From an uncultured Spirochaetaceae bacterium (lineage in GTDB: Bacteria > Spirochaetota > Spirochaetia > SZUA-6 > Bin103), in contig CAYFXT010000003.1 of assembly GCA_964346995.1 (NCBI GenBank), positions 1 to 33,876 on the forward strand: a stretch of DNA of 33,876 bases. Direction: 5' to 3'. Under the pieces are notes generated by a model, which had not been told where the DNA came from, ran no database searches, and worked only from the letters and a program-made list of their open reading frames with translations. Position numbers and translations under genes: made by a program. Below are positions 27,087-33,876 of this stretch, piece after piece. How positions within the stretch are numbered: the stretch's first letter is position 1; each line of letters begins with the position of its first letter.

Positions 27087-28484
27087 ATGGAGGATACCTC
27101 TCTCAACCAGCTCGTCCCCCAGCAGATCAGCGAGCGCGGCGAATCGCTGCTCGCCTTCATCGCCTCGGAGAAGCTCAGCGCGCTGGCCAAGCGCAGCGCA
27201 CTGCAACAGGACGCCGGATGGATCGTGCGCGGCGACGAGGTGCTGCCCTGGCGATTCAGCGGCTACGTACGTCGCGGCGACCAGTTGCTGGTTACCGGTC
27301 CGTACCTGAGGGGTGAATTGCTCAGCGCCGCGCTGCAGCGCCCCGGTGAAGCGCTGGCCGCGGTGGCGCGGGTCGCGGCCGCGGTGACCCGCCTGGCGCA
27401 GAACCGTTCCCTCGCGCCCCTGCAACTCAACGGCATCTACCTGCTCGCCGACGGCGGCGTGCTCGTACTGCCGCCGGCGGTGGTCCGCCAGCTTACCGAG
27501 ACCATCTCGCCGGCTGCGTCACTGGCAGCGGCGGCACGCATCAACCACCCCGACCTGACCGGTGAACAGCGCCTGTGCGTCATGCTGGCGATTCTGAGTT
27601 ATCGCGCGGTCACCCGGGAGTATCCGTTTCCGGCGCCGCGTGAGGATGAGCTGCGCGACCAGATGCGCCGGCTCGACGTGGTGCCGGCGCATCTGCTGGC
27701 TCCCGGCAGCAACCAGGAGCTCTCGAGTCTCATTACCCGCACCTTGCGCCCGCAACGCAACGAGCAGCGCCCGCCGCTACGCGAATGGCCGGCTACGTTG
27801 ACGCGGGCGATTGCCGAAGCGACCGTGGCGCCGGTGGCGGCGGGCGAGGTGCAGCGCCTGCAGGCGGAGGCAGCGGCGCTGCGTCACCGGAATGAGCAGG
27901 CGTTCCGTCGGCACGTCTTCCTGCAGCGCAACCTGCGCACCATGGTGGTGGCGGGGGTGATCGTCGTGGCGCTCGGCGGTATGCTCGGGTCGATCATTGC
28001 CAACCAGTTCAAGCCGCGCTCGACCAGGGGCTACTCCCCGCGTCAGGTGGTGGAGACATTCTACGCCAGCATGGGCGAGCTGGACCACACCACCATGGAG
28101 GATACGGTAGTAGGCGACGCCGGCAAGGGAGTGATCAACGAGGTGGTCAACCTGTTCGTCGTCAGCCGGGTGGCGCAGGGTTACGAGGGGCGCAGCCACA
28201 TCGTGAACGCCGCCGAGTGGGTTGCGGAAGGCGAGCCGCAGTTGCCTCCCGGCCGCTCGCTGTACGGTCCCACGAAGCTGACGATCAGCGCCGAGCGGGG
28301 ACTACCGCAACCGGTGTTCCGCGTCTCCTACCTGATGTGGCGCCCCGGCGGCGCCGACGGCGAGGATCCTCCGGGAACCCCACAGCAGGGCATCCCGATG
28401 AGCGAGCGGGTGTTCCTGCGCCAGGACAAGGGCGACTGGGTGATCTTCCAGTTCGAGCCGGTGCAACCGTTGCCTGGCGAATGA
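27087..28484 (+). CDS. Single-pass membrane protein with a degenerate protein-kinase-like cytoplasmic domain and an NTF2/SnoaL-like outer domain (tentative)
   Basis: AGGAG lies 13 nt before the ATG. The cytoplasmic part reads LQLNGIYLLADGGVLVLP...QRLCVMLAILSYRAVTREYPF...LSSLITRTLRPQ. It resembles kinase subdomains VIb-XI but has no HRD, DFG or Gly-loop. The transmembrane helix is MVVAGVIVVALGGMLGSIIA. The C-terminal segment SPRQVVETFYASMGELDHTTMEDTV resembles an NTF2-like start. Its TGA overlaps the murD ATG (ATGA at 28481-28484). Confidence 0.7.
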   Translation: MEDTSLNQLVPQQISERGESLLAFIASEKLSALAKRSALQQDAGWIVRGDEVLPWRFSGYVRRGDQLLVTGPYLRGELLSAALQRPGEALAAVARVAAAVTRLAQNRSLAPLQLNGIYLLADGGVLVLPPAVVRQLTETISPAASLAAAARINHPDLTGEQRLCVMLAILSYRAVTREYPFPAPREDELRDQMRRLDVVPAHLLAPGSNQELSSLITRTLRPQRNEQRPPLREWPATLTRAIAEATVAPVAAGEVQRLQAEAAALRHRNEQAFRRHVFLQRNLRTMVVAGVIVVALGGMLGSIIANQFKPRSTRGYSPRQVVETFYASMGELDHTTMEDTVVGDAGKGVINEVVNLFVVSRVAQGYEGRSHIVNAAEWVAEGEPQLPPGRSLYGPTKLTISAERGLPQPVFRVSYLMWRPGGADGEDPPGTPQQGIPMSERVFLRQDKGDWVIFQFEPVQPLPGE

Positions 28485-29902
28485 TTGCCGCGGCGGCGGA
28501 TCTGTGCGGCATGCACGCCACGGTGATGGGACTGGGGCTGCACGGCGGCGGCTTGGCGACAGCACAGTTTCTGATCCGCCACGGCGCGCGGGTCACCGTT
28601 ACCGATCTGCGCACCGAAACCGTCCTCGGGGCCGCGCTGGAGCAGCTTGCCGGTCCGGTGCGTCTCGTTCTCGGCCGGCACGAGGAGCGCGACTTCGGCG
28701 ACGTCGATCTGGTAATCAAGAACCCCGGCGTACCGGCCGACTCGCCGTTTCTGCTGGCCGCGCGGCGGGCCGGCACGCCGGTGGAGAGCGACATCTCCCT
28801 GTTTCGCCGCCTGCACCCCGGCAACCCGCTGGCAGCGGTTACCGGCAGCAAGGGCAAGTCGACCACCGCGGCCGCGCTGCACCATGGCCTGCGCCGCTGG
28901 CATCCCGATGCCCGCCTCGGCGGCAACATCACCGTCTCGCCGCTGGCCTGGTCCGATGATCTTGCGCCGCACACGCCGGTGGTGCTGGAACTCTCCTCCT
29001 GGCAGTTGGCCGACCTGCCCGATCCGGCGCTGCTGCGCGCGCGGGTCGCGGTGTTGACCAACATTCTGCCCGATCATCAGGATCGCTATCCGTCGATGCT
29101 TGCCTACGTGCGCGACAAGCTGCGCATCTTCGCCGGTCAAGGCCGCGACGACCGCGCCGTTCTCGGCACCGGCACCCACCGGTGGCTCGAGCGCCGGCCG
29201 GCGGCGCGCGTATGGCACGTAACGCGCGGCGCACTGCCGGGCGGCGGGGCCGGGATGATCGTCGACGGGAGCCGGCTGCGACTGCACGACCCGCCACGGA
29301 CCGACGTGGGCTCGCTGACCTTGGCTGCGGCTCGGTTGCGCGGCGAACACGACGTGCTCAACCTGGCGGCGGCGGCGCTCGGCGTCGCCGCCCTGACAGA
29401 TACGCGTGAACTGCCCGCCATCGTAGCGGAGCTGTGCGACTTCGGCGGGCTCGAGCACCGCCAGGAAAGCGTTACCCGCTGGCGCGGCGTCCACGTGGTC
29501 AACGACTCGGCGGCCACCATGCCACACGCCACGGCCGCGGCCCTGGCCGTGCTGCCGCCGCCGGTCACCCTGATCGCCGGCGGCAACGACAAGGGGCTCG
29601 ACTTCGCCGCGCTGCGCGCGGCGTTGCAACCGGTGCAGGCGGTCGTGCTGCTCGCCGGTACCGCCACCGCCAAGCTCCGGGCGGCGCTGTCCGGCAGCGG
29701 CGTCGCCATCCACGGCCCGTACGATCGCCTGCCGACGGCGGTGCGGGCGGCGCTGGCGGCAACTCCCCGCGGCGGCACGCTTCTGTTCTCGCCGGCCGCA
29801 ACGTCGTTCGGGATGTTCGCGCACGAATTCGAGCGCGGCCAAGCGTTCAAGCAAGTGGTGCGGGAACTCACCTCCGACGGGAAGCACGCTTGCCGGCCCT
29901 GA
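28481..29902 (+). CDS. murD: UDP-N-acetylmuramoyl-L-alanine--D-glutamate ligase
   Basis: Recognised segments are the Rossmann N-domain VMGLGLHGGGLATAQFLIRHGARVTVTD, IKNPGVPADSP, the P-loop AVTGSKGKSTT, and C-terminal AGGNDKG and SPAATSFGMF. I place the start at the ATG at 28481. The ORF-track start at 28217 lies inside the upstream gene. Confidence 0.93.
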   Translation: MIAAAADLCGMHATVMGLGLHGGGLATAQFLIRHGARVTVTDLRTETVLGAALEQLAGPVRLVLGRHEERDFGDVDLVIKNPGVPADSPFLLAARRAGTPVESDISLFRRLHPGNPLAAVTGSKGKSTTAAALHHGLRRWHPDARLGGNITVSPLAWSDDLAPHTPVVLELSSWQLADLPDPALLRARVAVLTNILPDHQDRYPSMLAYVRDKLRIFAGQGRDDRAVLGTGTHRWLERRPAARVWHVTRGALPGGGAGMIVDGSRLRLHDPPRTDVGSLTLAAARLRGEHDVLNLAAAALGVAALTDTRELPAIVAELCDFGGLEHRQESVTRWRGVHVVNDSAATMPHATAAALAVLPPPVTLIAGGNDKGLDFAALRAALQPVQAVVLLAGTATAKLRAALSGSGVAIHGPYDRLPTAVRAALAATPRGGTLLFSPAATSFGMFAHEFERGQAFKQVVRELTSDGKHACRP

Positions 29903-29909
29903 GTTCGCA

Positions 29910-31004
29910 TCACGCACCGCGTCGGTGGGGGCGCATCCGCGCCAGCCGCGGACGGATGCGTGCGTAGTAGTTGCTGCGCCACCCCTCGGCGCGACGCAGC
30001 AACCGGTAGCGAAACGGGCGCATGGCATAGTCCCAGCACCCGCAACGGTGGACGATGGAGCCGCCAAATCCGGTCTTGAACCGGTACAGTCCGGCCCACG
30101 GGTGTTGGGGGTCTGCCGTGGGAGGGATACCGTACAGGTCGTAGCTACGGCAGCCGCGCTCGCGTGCCGCCTGCAACGCCGCCCACTGCAGGGCGTAGTT
30201 GGCCATTGCCGCGCGGTGGCGGAGCGCGGAGGCGCCGTACAGGTAGCGCGCCATTCTCCCGCACACGCTGACGATGATGCCGCCGACCAGCTCGCCGCGG
30301 TAGCGGGCGGACAGCAGCAACAGCTCGGGCGCCGTCGCGGCGGCCGCCAGTTCGAACAGCGTGTCGAAGTAGCGCGGGCTGTGGGCCGTTATCCGATGCC
30401 GGTCGGCGGTGGCGCGGTAGAGGCGGTACCAGTCGGCCAGCGACGAGCCGAGCGCCGCCACCGCGCTGGTCACGGCTACCTGCACGCCGCGTCGCTGCGC
30501 CAAACGAATATTGTAGCGGGTCTTGGACTTCATCCGCGCCAACAGCCGTTGCTCGTCACCGAGCAACGGTACCAGCACCGTGTTGGCCGGTTGCACGTCG
30601 ACGGGCGCCCGATGGAGCCGGCCGGTTGCCGTGAGCGGCGCCGGTGCCCCCTCGGGCACGGGCCACGGCAGGTCGTAGCGCACTACCGTAGGCCGGGGAA
30701 GCGGTGGACGATCCACGGCCACCCGGCCCTGGAAGGTGACGCCGAGGGCCAGATCCGACAGCATCCGGGACCTGGCGCAAGCGGTCGCGGGGGCAGCCAC
30801 CGGACCGCCGGGAACGTATACCAGCGGACCGCAAGGCGTGGAGCGGGTCAATGTAAGCAGCGTGCCACCAAGCCCGGCCGCCTTCCAGTACAGCGCCTCT
30901 GCCCGCCAGCCGAAGCTGGCCTTGAAACGACCCCACAGCGAGCTCTGCAGCAGCTCGTCGCCCGGCTGCAGTTCGTCGAGGCCGATCGGTCGGGCGTCCG
31001 CCAT
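29910..31004 (-). CDS. FemAB-family peptidoglycan bridge-forming aminoacyltransferase (FemX-like)
   Basis: Recognised segments are MKSKTRYNIRLAQRRGVQV and GGIIVSVCGRMARYLYGAS...ANYALQWAALQAARERGCRSYDLYGIP. I place the start at the ATG at 31004, which has AGGA 6 nt upstream. The gene is convergent with murD, with 7 nt between the stop codons. Confidence 0.85.
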   Translation of the reverse strand: MADARPIGLDELQPGDELLQSSLWGRFKASFGWRAEALYWKAAGLGGTLLTLTRSTPCGPLVYVPGGPVAAPATACARSRMLSDLALGVTFQGRVAVDRPPLPRPTVVRYDLPWPVPEGAPAPLTATGRLHRAPVDVQPANTVLVPLLGDEQRLLARMKSKTRYNIRLAQRRGVQVAVTSAVAALGSSLADWYRLYRATADRHRITAHSPRYFDTLFELAAAATAPELLLLSARYRGELVGGIIVSVCGRMARYLYGASALRHRAAMANYALQWAALQAARERGCRSYDLYGIPPTADPQHPWAGLYRFKTGFGGSIVHRCGCWDYAMRPFRYRLLRRAEGWRSNYYARIRPRLARMRPHRRGA

Positions 31005-31074
31005 GCCGCATCCTACCCGCCTGTACGGGCCGCCGCTACGCGCGGCGGCGGTCACTCATGACAGACGACGATGG

Positions 31075-32349
31075 TCAGCGGCGCAACGCGGCGATCAGGC
31101 GCTCCGCCTCCTCCACCGAAATCCTGCCCTCCTTGAGGAGATCGAGCACCGTCTGCACCTCCTCGCCGGTGGCGTCGCGGCGTGTCTCGGCCCCCGTATC
31201 GGACGCCTGCTCGGAGCGTTCATCCTGCCACCGACGGTGCCGCCCGCGGTCGGCATCGCGGCCGCCGAAGCGGAACGCACGCCGCATCTCGCGCGATACC
31301 TCTTCGCCGAGACGCCCGAACTTCATGCCGAACTCCTTCATGTCGCGCATGAAGCGGGGGAACTCCTCGCCGAAGTCGATGTCGATGTCGATGCTCTCGT
31401 GGCGGCCGTCGTCGTCGAAGAACTCTTCCTTTGCGGCACGACTGCCGGATTCGAAATCGGCATGCCTGGTCACCTTGATGCCTCCTCTCAGGTTGTTGAT
31501 CAGAATCAGATATTTCGGCGTCCCGGAGCCGAACTGCAGTGTCGTCACGGAGCCATCGGTCCGGCTGCGTGCGCTGCCGAGATGATTGCGCAACACCCCA
31601 CCGGTACGCGCCTTGACGGTGGCGTCGATCTGCTCCGGGAGCGCCACCGTGACCGGCCCGTTCGCCGAGGAGACCGCGAGCCGCCCGTTCCGCTCCCCGC
31701 TCTCCGTCTCTGCGGCCGCGTCGGCCTGATCGGCCGCCGTACCGGCGAGCGGCGCGATCTGCAACGCGATACGGCCGTTGGCGCTGCGCACGGTGCCGCC
31801 GGCGATACGACCGTCAGCCAGACGTATCCGCCCGTTGGAAGTGGACACTCGCAACCGCGGTGTTTCGACGTCGTTCAGGTCGACCGAGCCGTTGGCGGCG
31901 GACACCTCCACGCTCGGGGAGGCGATCGCGGACAGGTGAATCGCTCCGTTGGCGGCCGCCGCAGCCACCGGACCGCGGCAATTGCGGAGGTCGATCGCTC
32001 CGTTGCGCGTCCGCACGCGCAGTTCCCCGGCGTGGCCGAGCACATTGACCGCACCGTTGCGGCTGCGCAGGTGCAGGCGGGTCACTTCGGGAACCCGCAC
32101 CACCAGCCGGCCCTTGCGCGCGCCCTCGACACGCTGTTCCTCCACGCTCACGATCGGCGACCCGCCATCCTCGGCTGCACGGGTGCATACGGTGAATCGT
32201 TCCCCGGTGTCGTGCGGGCGATCCTCGCCGGCGAGGATGAAACGCGCGTCGCCGCCGGCGTCGCCGCTCGGCTCCACCTCCAGGTTGGTACTGCGCAGCG
32301 CGATTTCCAGATGCGGCGACTCGGCCGCCAGTGGAAGTGCAATAGTCAT
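31075..32349 (-). CDS. DUF4097-type beta-helix repeat protein with acidic linker and C-terminal SHOCT-like helix
   Basis: It has seven rungs of roughly 20 aa, each carrying an [ST]xNG[xx][IV]x[LV] motif: RSRNGAVNV, RTRNGAIDL, AAANGAIHL, SAANGSVDL, STSNGRIRL, RSANGRIAL, SSANGPVTV. A charged linker follows, then ...VQTVLDLLKEGRISVEEAERLIAALRR. The ATG at 32349 has a GGGAGG Shine-Dalgarno sequence. I see no signal peptide. Confidence 0.8.
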   Translation of the reverse strand: MTIALPLAAESPHLEIALRSTNLEVEPSGDAGGDARFILAGEDRPHDTGERFTVCTRAAEDGGSPIVSVEEQRVEGARKGRLVVRVPEVTRLHLRSRNGAVNVLGHAGELRVRTRNGAIDLRNCRGPVAAAAANGAIHLSAIASPSVEVSAANGSVDLNDVETPRLRVSTSNGRIRLADGRIAGGTVRSANGRIALQIAPLAGTAADQADAAAETESGERNGRLAVSSANGPVTVALPEQIDATVKARTGGVLRNHLGSARSRTDGSVTTLQFGSGTPKYLILINNLRGGIKVTRHADFESGSRAAKEEFFDDDGRHESIDIDIDFGEEFPRFMRDMKEFGMKFGRLGEEVSREMRRAFRFGGRDADRGRHRRWQDERSEQASDTGAETRRDATGEEVQTVLDLLKEGRISVEEAERLIAALRR

Positions 32350-32371
32350 GGCATCCTCCCGATGCAAAAAT

Positions 32372-32785
32372 TCAATGCAGGGCACGGAGTGCGTCATCGA
32401 CGCTGAGACGTCCGGCGCGCACCTCGCGCAACAAGGACAACCGCTCGCCGCGTCCGGCGATTTCCTCCCGTTCCGGAGGCGCGCCGTCGGCGTCCGCCCG
32501 CAGGCGCGCCTCCGCCAGCCGGGCGTTGACGCTCGCCAGGCGCGCCTTCACGGTCGGGTAGGAGATCCCCAGGCGCCGCTCCACGCTGCGGAAGTTACCC
32601 TCCGCCTCGAGGAACACCCCCACGAAGTGCAGCAACTCCTCCGGCAGGGCACACACTTCGCAGCGCCGGAACGCACCGCGCAGAACGATGCCGCAACCGC
32701 GGCAGCGATACTCCTGCACCAGCAACTCGTCGGCGCATACCGGACACGCAGCCAGACCCTCGCGTAGATCCTGCTCGCTGGTCAT
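32372..32785 (-). CDS. DUF2089-family protein (zinc ribbon + HTH) with C-terminal SHOCT-like helix
   Basis: The zinc ribbon reads CPVCADELLVQEYRCRGCGIVLRGAF. It is followed by FVGVFLEAEGNFRSVERRLGISYPTVKARL, where SYPTV is the family hallmark as I remember it. The tail reads LSLLREVRAGRLSVDDALRAL. I favour the ATG at 32785 over the TTG at 32821. Confidence 0.75.
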   Translation of the reverse strand: MTSEQDLREGLAACPVCADELLVQEYRCRGCGIVLRGAFRRCEVCALPEELLHFVGVFLEAEGNFRSVERRLGISYPTVKARLASVNARLAEARLRADADGAPPEREEIAGRGERLSLLREVRAGRLSVDDALRALH

Positions 32786-32842
32786 ACGAAGAAGGTGCCC
32801 ATATACCCTCTGATAAGTCAATATCGAACTTGAGTTCTTAAA

Positions 32843-32868
32843 GGGGTATGGCCGTTCGGGGGTATGGC
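32843..32868. repeat. Direct repeat GGGGTATGGC x2 (16-bp period) in the divergent intergenic region
   Basis: GGGGTATGGC occurs at 32843-32852 and 32859-32868, between the DUF2089 operon and hflK. It sits next to an AT-rich patch with the near-palindrome GAACTTGAGTTC (32826-32837). Confidence 0.6.
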
Positions 32869-32919
32869 GGCGACCGCCTCCCGGCGATCCGCGCCAATCC
32901 CGAGGAGCGGTCCTGATTC

Positions 32920-32948
32920 TTGACTCGGGAATCTCGGCGCGCTACGTT
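32920..32948 (+). promoter_or_regulatory. Candidate sigma70-type promoter for hflK
   Basis: TTGACT (32920-32925), a 17-nt spacer and TACGTT (32943-32948) lie ~70 nt upstream of the hflK ATG. Motif match only. Confidence 0.3.
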
Positions 32949-33020
32949 CTTGCAGACTGCACAGCCGGCCGTCGCGGTGCGAATCGATGCTCGGATGGAC
33001 GTGCAATCGCAGGGGGATTC

Positions 33021-33876
33021 ATGGCAGAACGTGATGTCTCTCAGGCGCGCATGGCGGGCAACTTCAGCCCGCGTGCCGTCGGAGTCGTAATCGGCGTAGT
33101 CGTTTTATTTGCGATCGTGGTGTCGAGCGTATTCGTGGTGGATCAGCGCGAGACCGCGGTAGTGTTGCGCTTCGGGAGATTTCAGCGTACCGCGGACGAA
33201 GGCCTGCACTTCAAGCTGCCGTTCGGTATCGATCGCAACATCAACGTCGAGACCCAGCAGGTCAAGAAGCTGGAATTCGGCTACCGTACCGAACGCGCCG
33301 GCGTGCAGACGGTGTTCTCGGCGCAGGACTTCCCGGAGGAGTCGGTCATGCTGACCGGCGACCTCAACATCGTCGACGTCGAATGGTCGATTCAGTATCG
33401 CATCGTCGATCCGAGAGCGTACCTGTTCAACGTGCTCGATCAGGAAAAGACGCTGCGCGACATCTCGCAGTCGGTGATCAACCAGTTGGTGGGCGACCGC
33501 GCCATCCTGGACGTGATCGGCGCCGAGCGTGAGAACATCGAGTTCATCGGCCAGGAACGGATGAACGAAATTTTCGCATCCTACGAGCTCGGCATTCGGG
33601 TGACCGCCCTCAAGCTGCAGAACATCGTGCCGCCGAAAGGCGCCGTGCAGAACGCATTCGAGGACGTGAACAAGGCGATTCAGGATCGCAGCCGCTTCAT
33701 CGAGGAGGGCAAGGAAGCATACAACCAGGCGATTCCGCGTGCCCGCGGCCAAGCGTCACAGATCATTCAGGAGGCGGAGGGCTACCGCGAGGAACGCATC
33801 AACCGAGCGCTCGGCGACACCGCGCGCTTCCGGGCCGTGTATGAAGAGTACGCCCTCAATCCGGAGGTGCCCCGCT
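33021..33876 (+). CDS. hflK: FtsH protease modulator HflK (SPFH/band-7 domain), 3'-truncated by the window edge
   Basis: This gene is absent from the ORF track because no stop codon is reached. The ATG at 33021 has an AGGGGGA Shine-Dalgarno sequence. It has a transmembrane helix (VGVVIGVVVLFAIVVSSVFVV) followed by DQRETAVVLRFGRF...GLHFKLPFGID...MLTGDLNIVDVEWSIQYRI...PPKGAVQNAFEDVNKA... Confidence 0.9.
   Translation, partial: MAERDVSQARMAGNFSPRAVGVVIGVVVLFAIVVSSVFVVDQRETAVVLRFGRFQRTADEGLHFKLPFGIDRNINVETQQVKKLEFGYRTERAGVQTVFSAQDFPEESVMLTGDLNIVDVEWSIQYRIVDPRAYLFNVLDQEKTLRDISQSVINQLVGDRAILDVIGAERENIEFIGQERMNEIFASYELGIRVTALKLQNIVPPKGAVQNAFEDVNKAIQDRSRFIEEGKEAYNQAIPRARGQASQIIQEAEGYREERINRALGDTARFRAVYEEYALNPEVPR

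Noticed and set aside
25356-27425. A 689-aa minus-strand ORF.
   Set aside because: It is antisense to the NFACT gene, which carries clear NFACT-N and DUF814 motifs. The translation has no recognisable motif.
28328-32406. A 579-aa minus-strand ORF (28328-30067) and plus-strand ORFs of 378 aa (29925-31061) and 556 aa (30736-32406).
   Set aside because: They are antisense to murD, the FemAB gene and the DUF4097 gene respectively. All have compositions typical of non-coding mirror frames.
33105-33752. A 215-aa minus-strand ORF near the right edge.
   Set aside because: The plus strand in this region encodes an unmistakable HflK/SPFH domain. That gene is missing from the ORF track only because it has no stop codon within the window.

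Overview
This is a high-GC (about two-thirds G+C by eye) bacterial chromosomal window. It is probably from a Spirochaetota-like lineage, judged from memory of the 16S signature and from groEL having no adjacent groES. It contains the 5' ~600 nt of a 16S rRNA gene with its leader (minus strand), one tRNA-Cys(GCA) and about 30 protein genes, mostly housekeeping. In order, the genes are: a tandem CDP-alcohol phosphatidyltransferase fusion; a BKACE (DUF849) enzyme plus a hotdog-like protein; a minus-strand run of groEL, small ORF, yajC, secD, secF and thrS; a 2-oxo-acid dehydrogenase operon (unknown first cistron, E1 alpha, E1 beta, E2, BirA-like ligase, no E3); a HAD phosphatase; an ECF sigma / zinc anti-sigma module followed by a secreted protein and an IPT-IPT-transglutaminase-like protein; cysS; an exported Ala/Gly-rich protein; a plus-strand run of macro domain, compact NFACT/RqcH-like protein, pseudokinase-like membrane protein and murD; a minus-strand DUF2089, DUF4097 and FemAB-like set; and a 3'-truncated hflK. 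I saw no CRISPR array, transposase or integrase, and no recognisable defence system. There is no single obvious novel system. The best candidates for a second look are the ECF-linked envelope module with a cysteine-less transglutaminase fold, the DUF2089/DUF4097 pair sharing a C-terminal peptide upstream of FemAB, the pseudokinase-like protein translationally coupled to murD, the tandem CDP-alcohol phosphatidyltransferase fusion, and the unknown first cistron of the dehydrogenase operon abutting tRNA-Cys. Many ORF-track starts are over-extended, and long antisense ORFs are common, as expected for this GC content. All family assignments come from motif recognition by eye and need HMM/BLAST confirmation.
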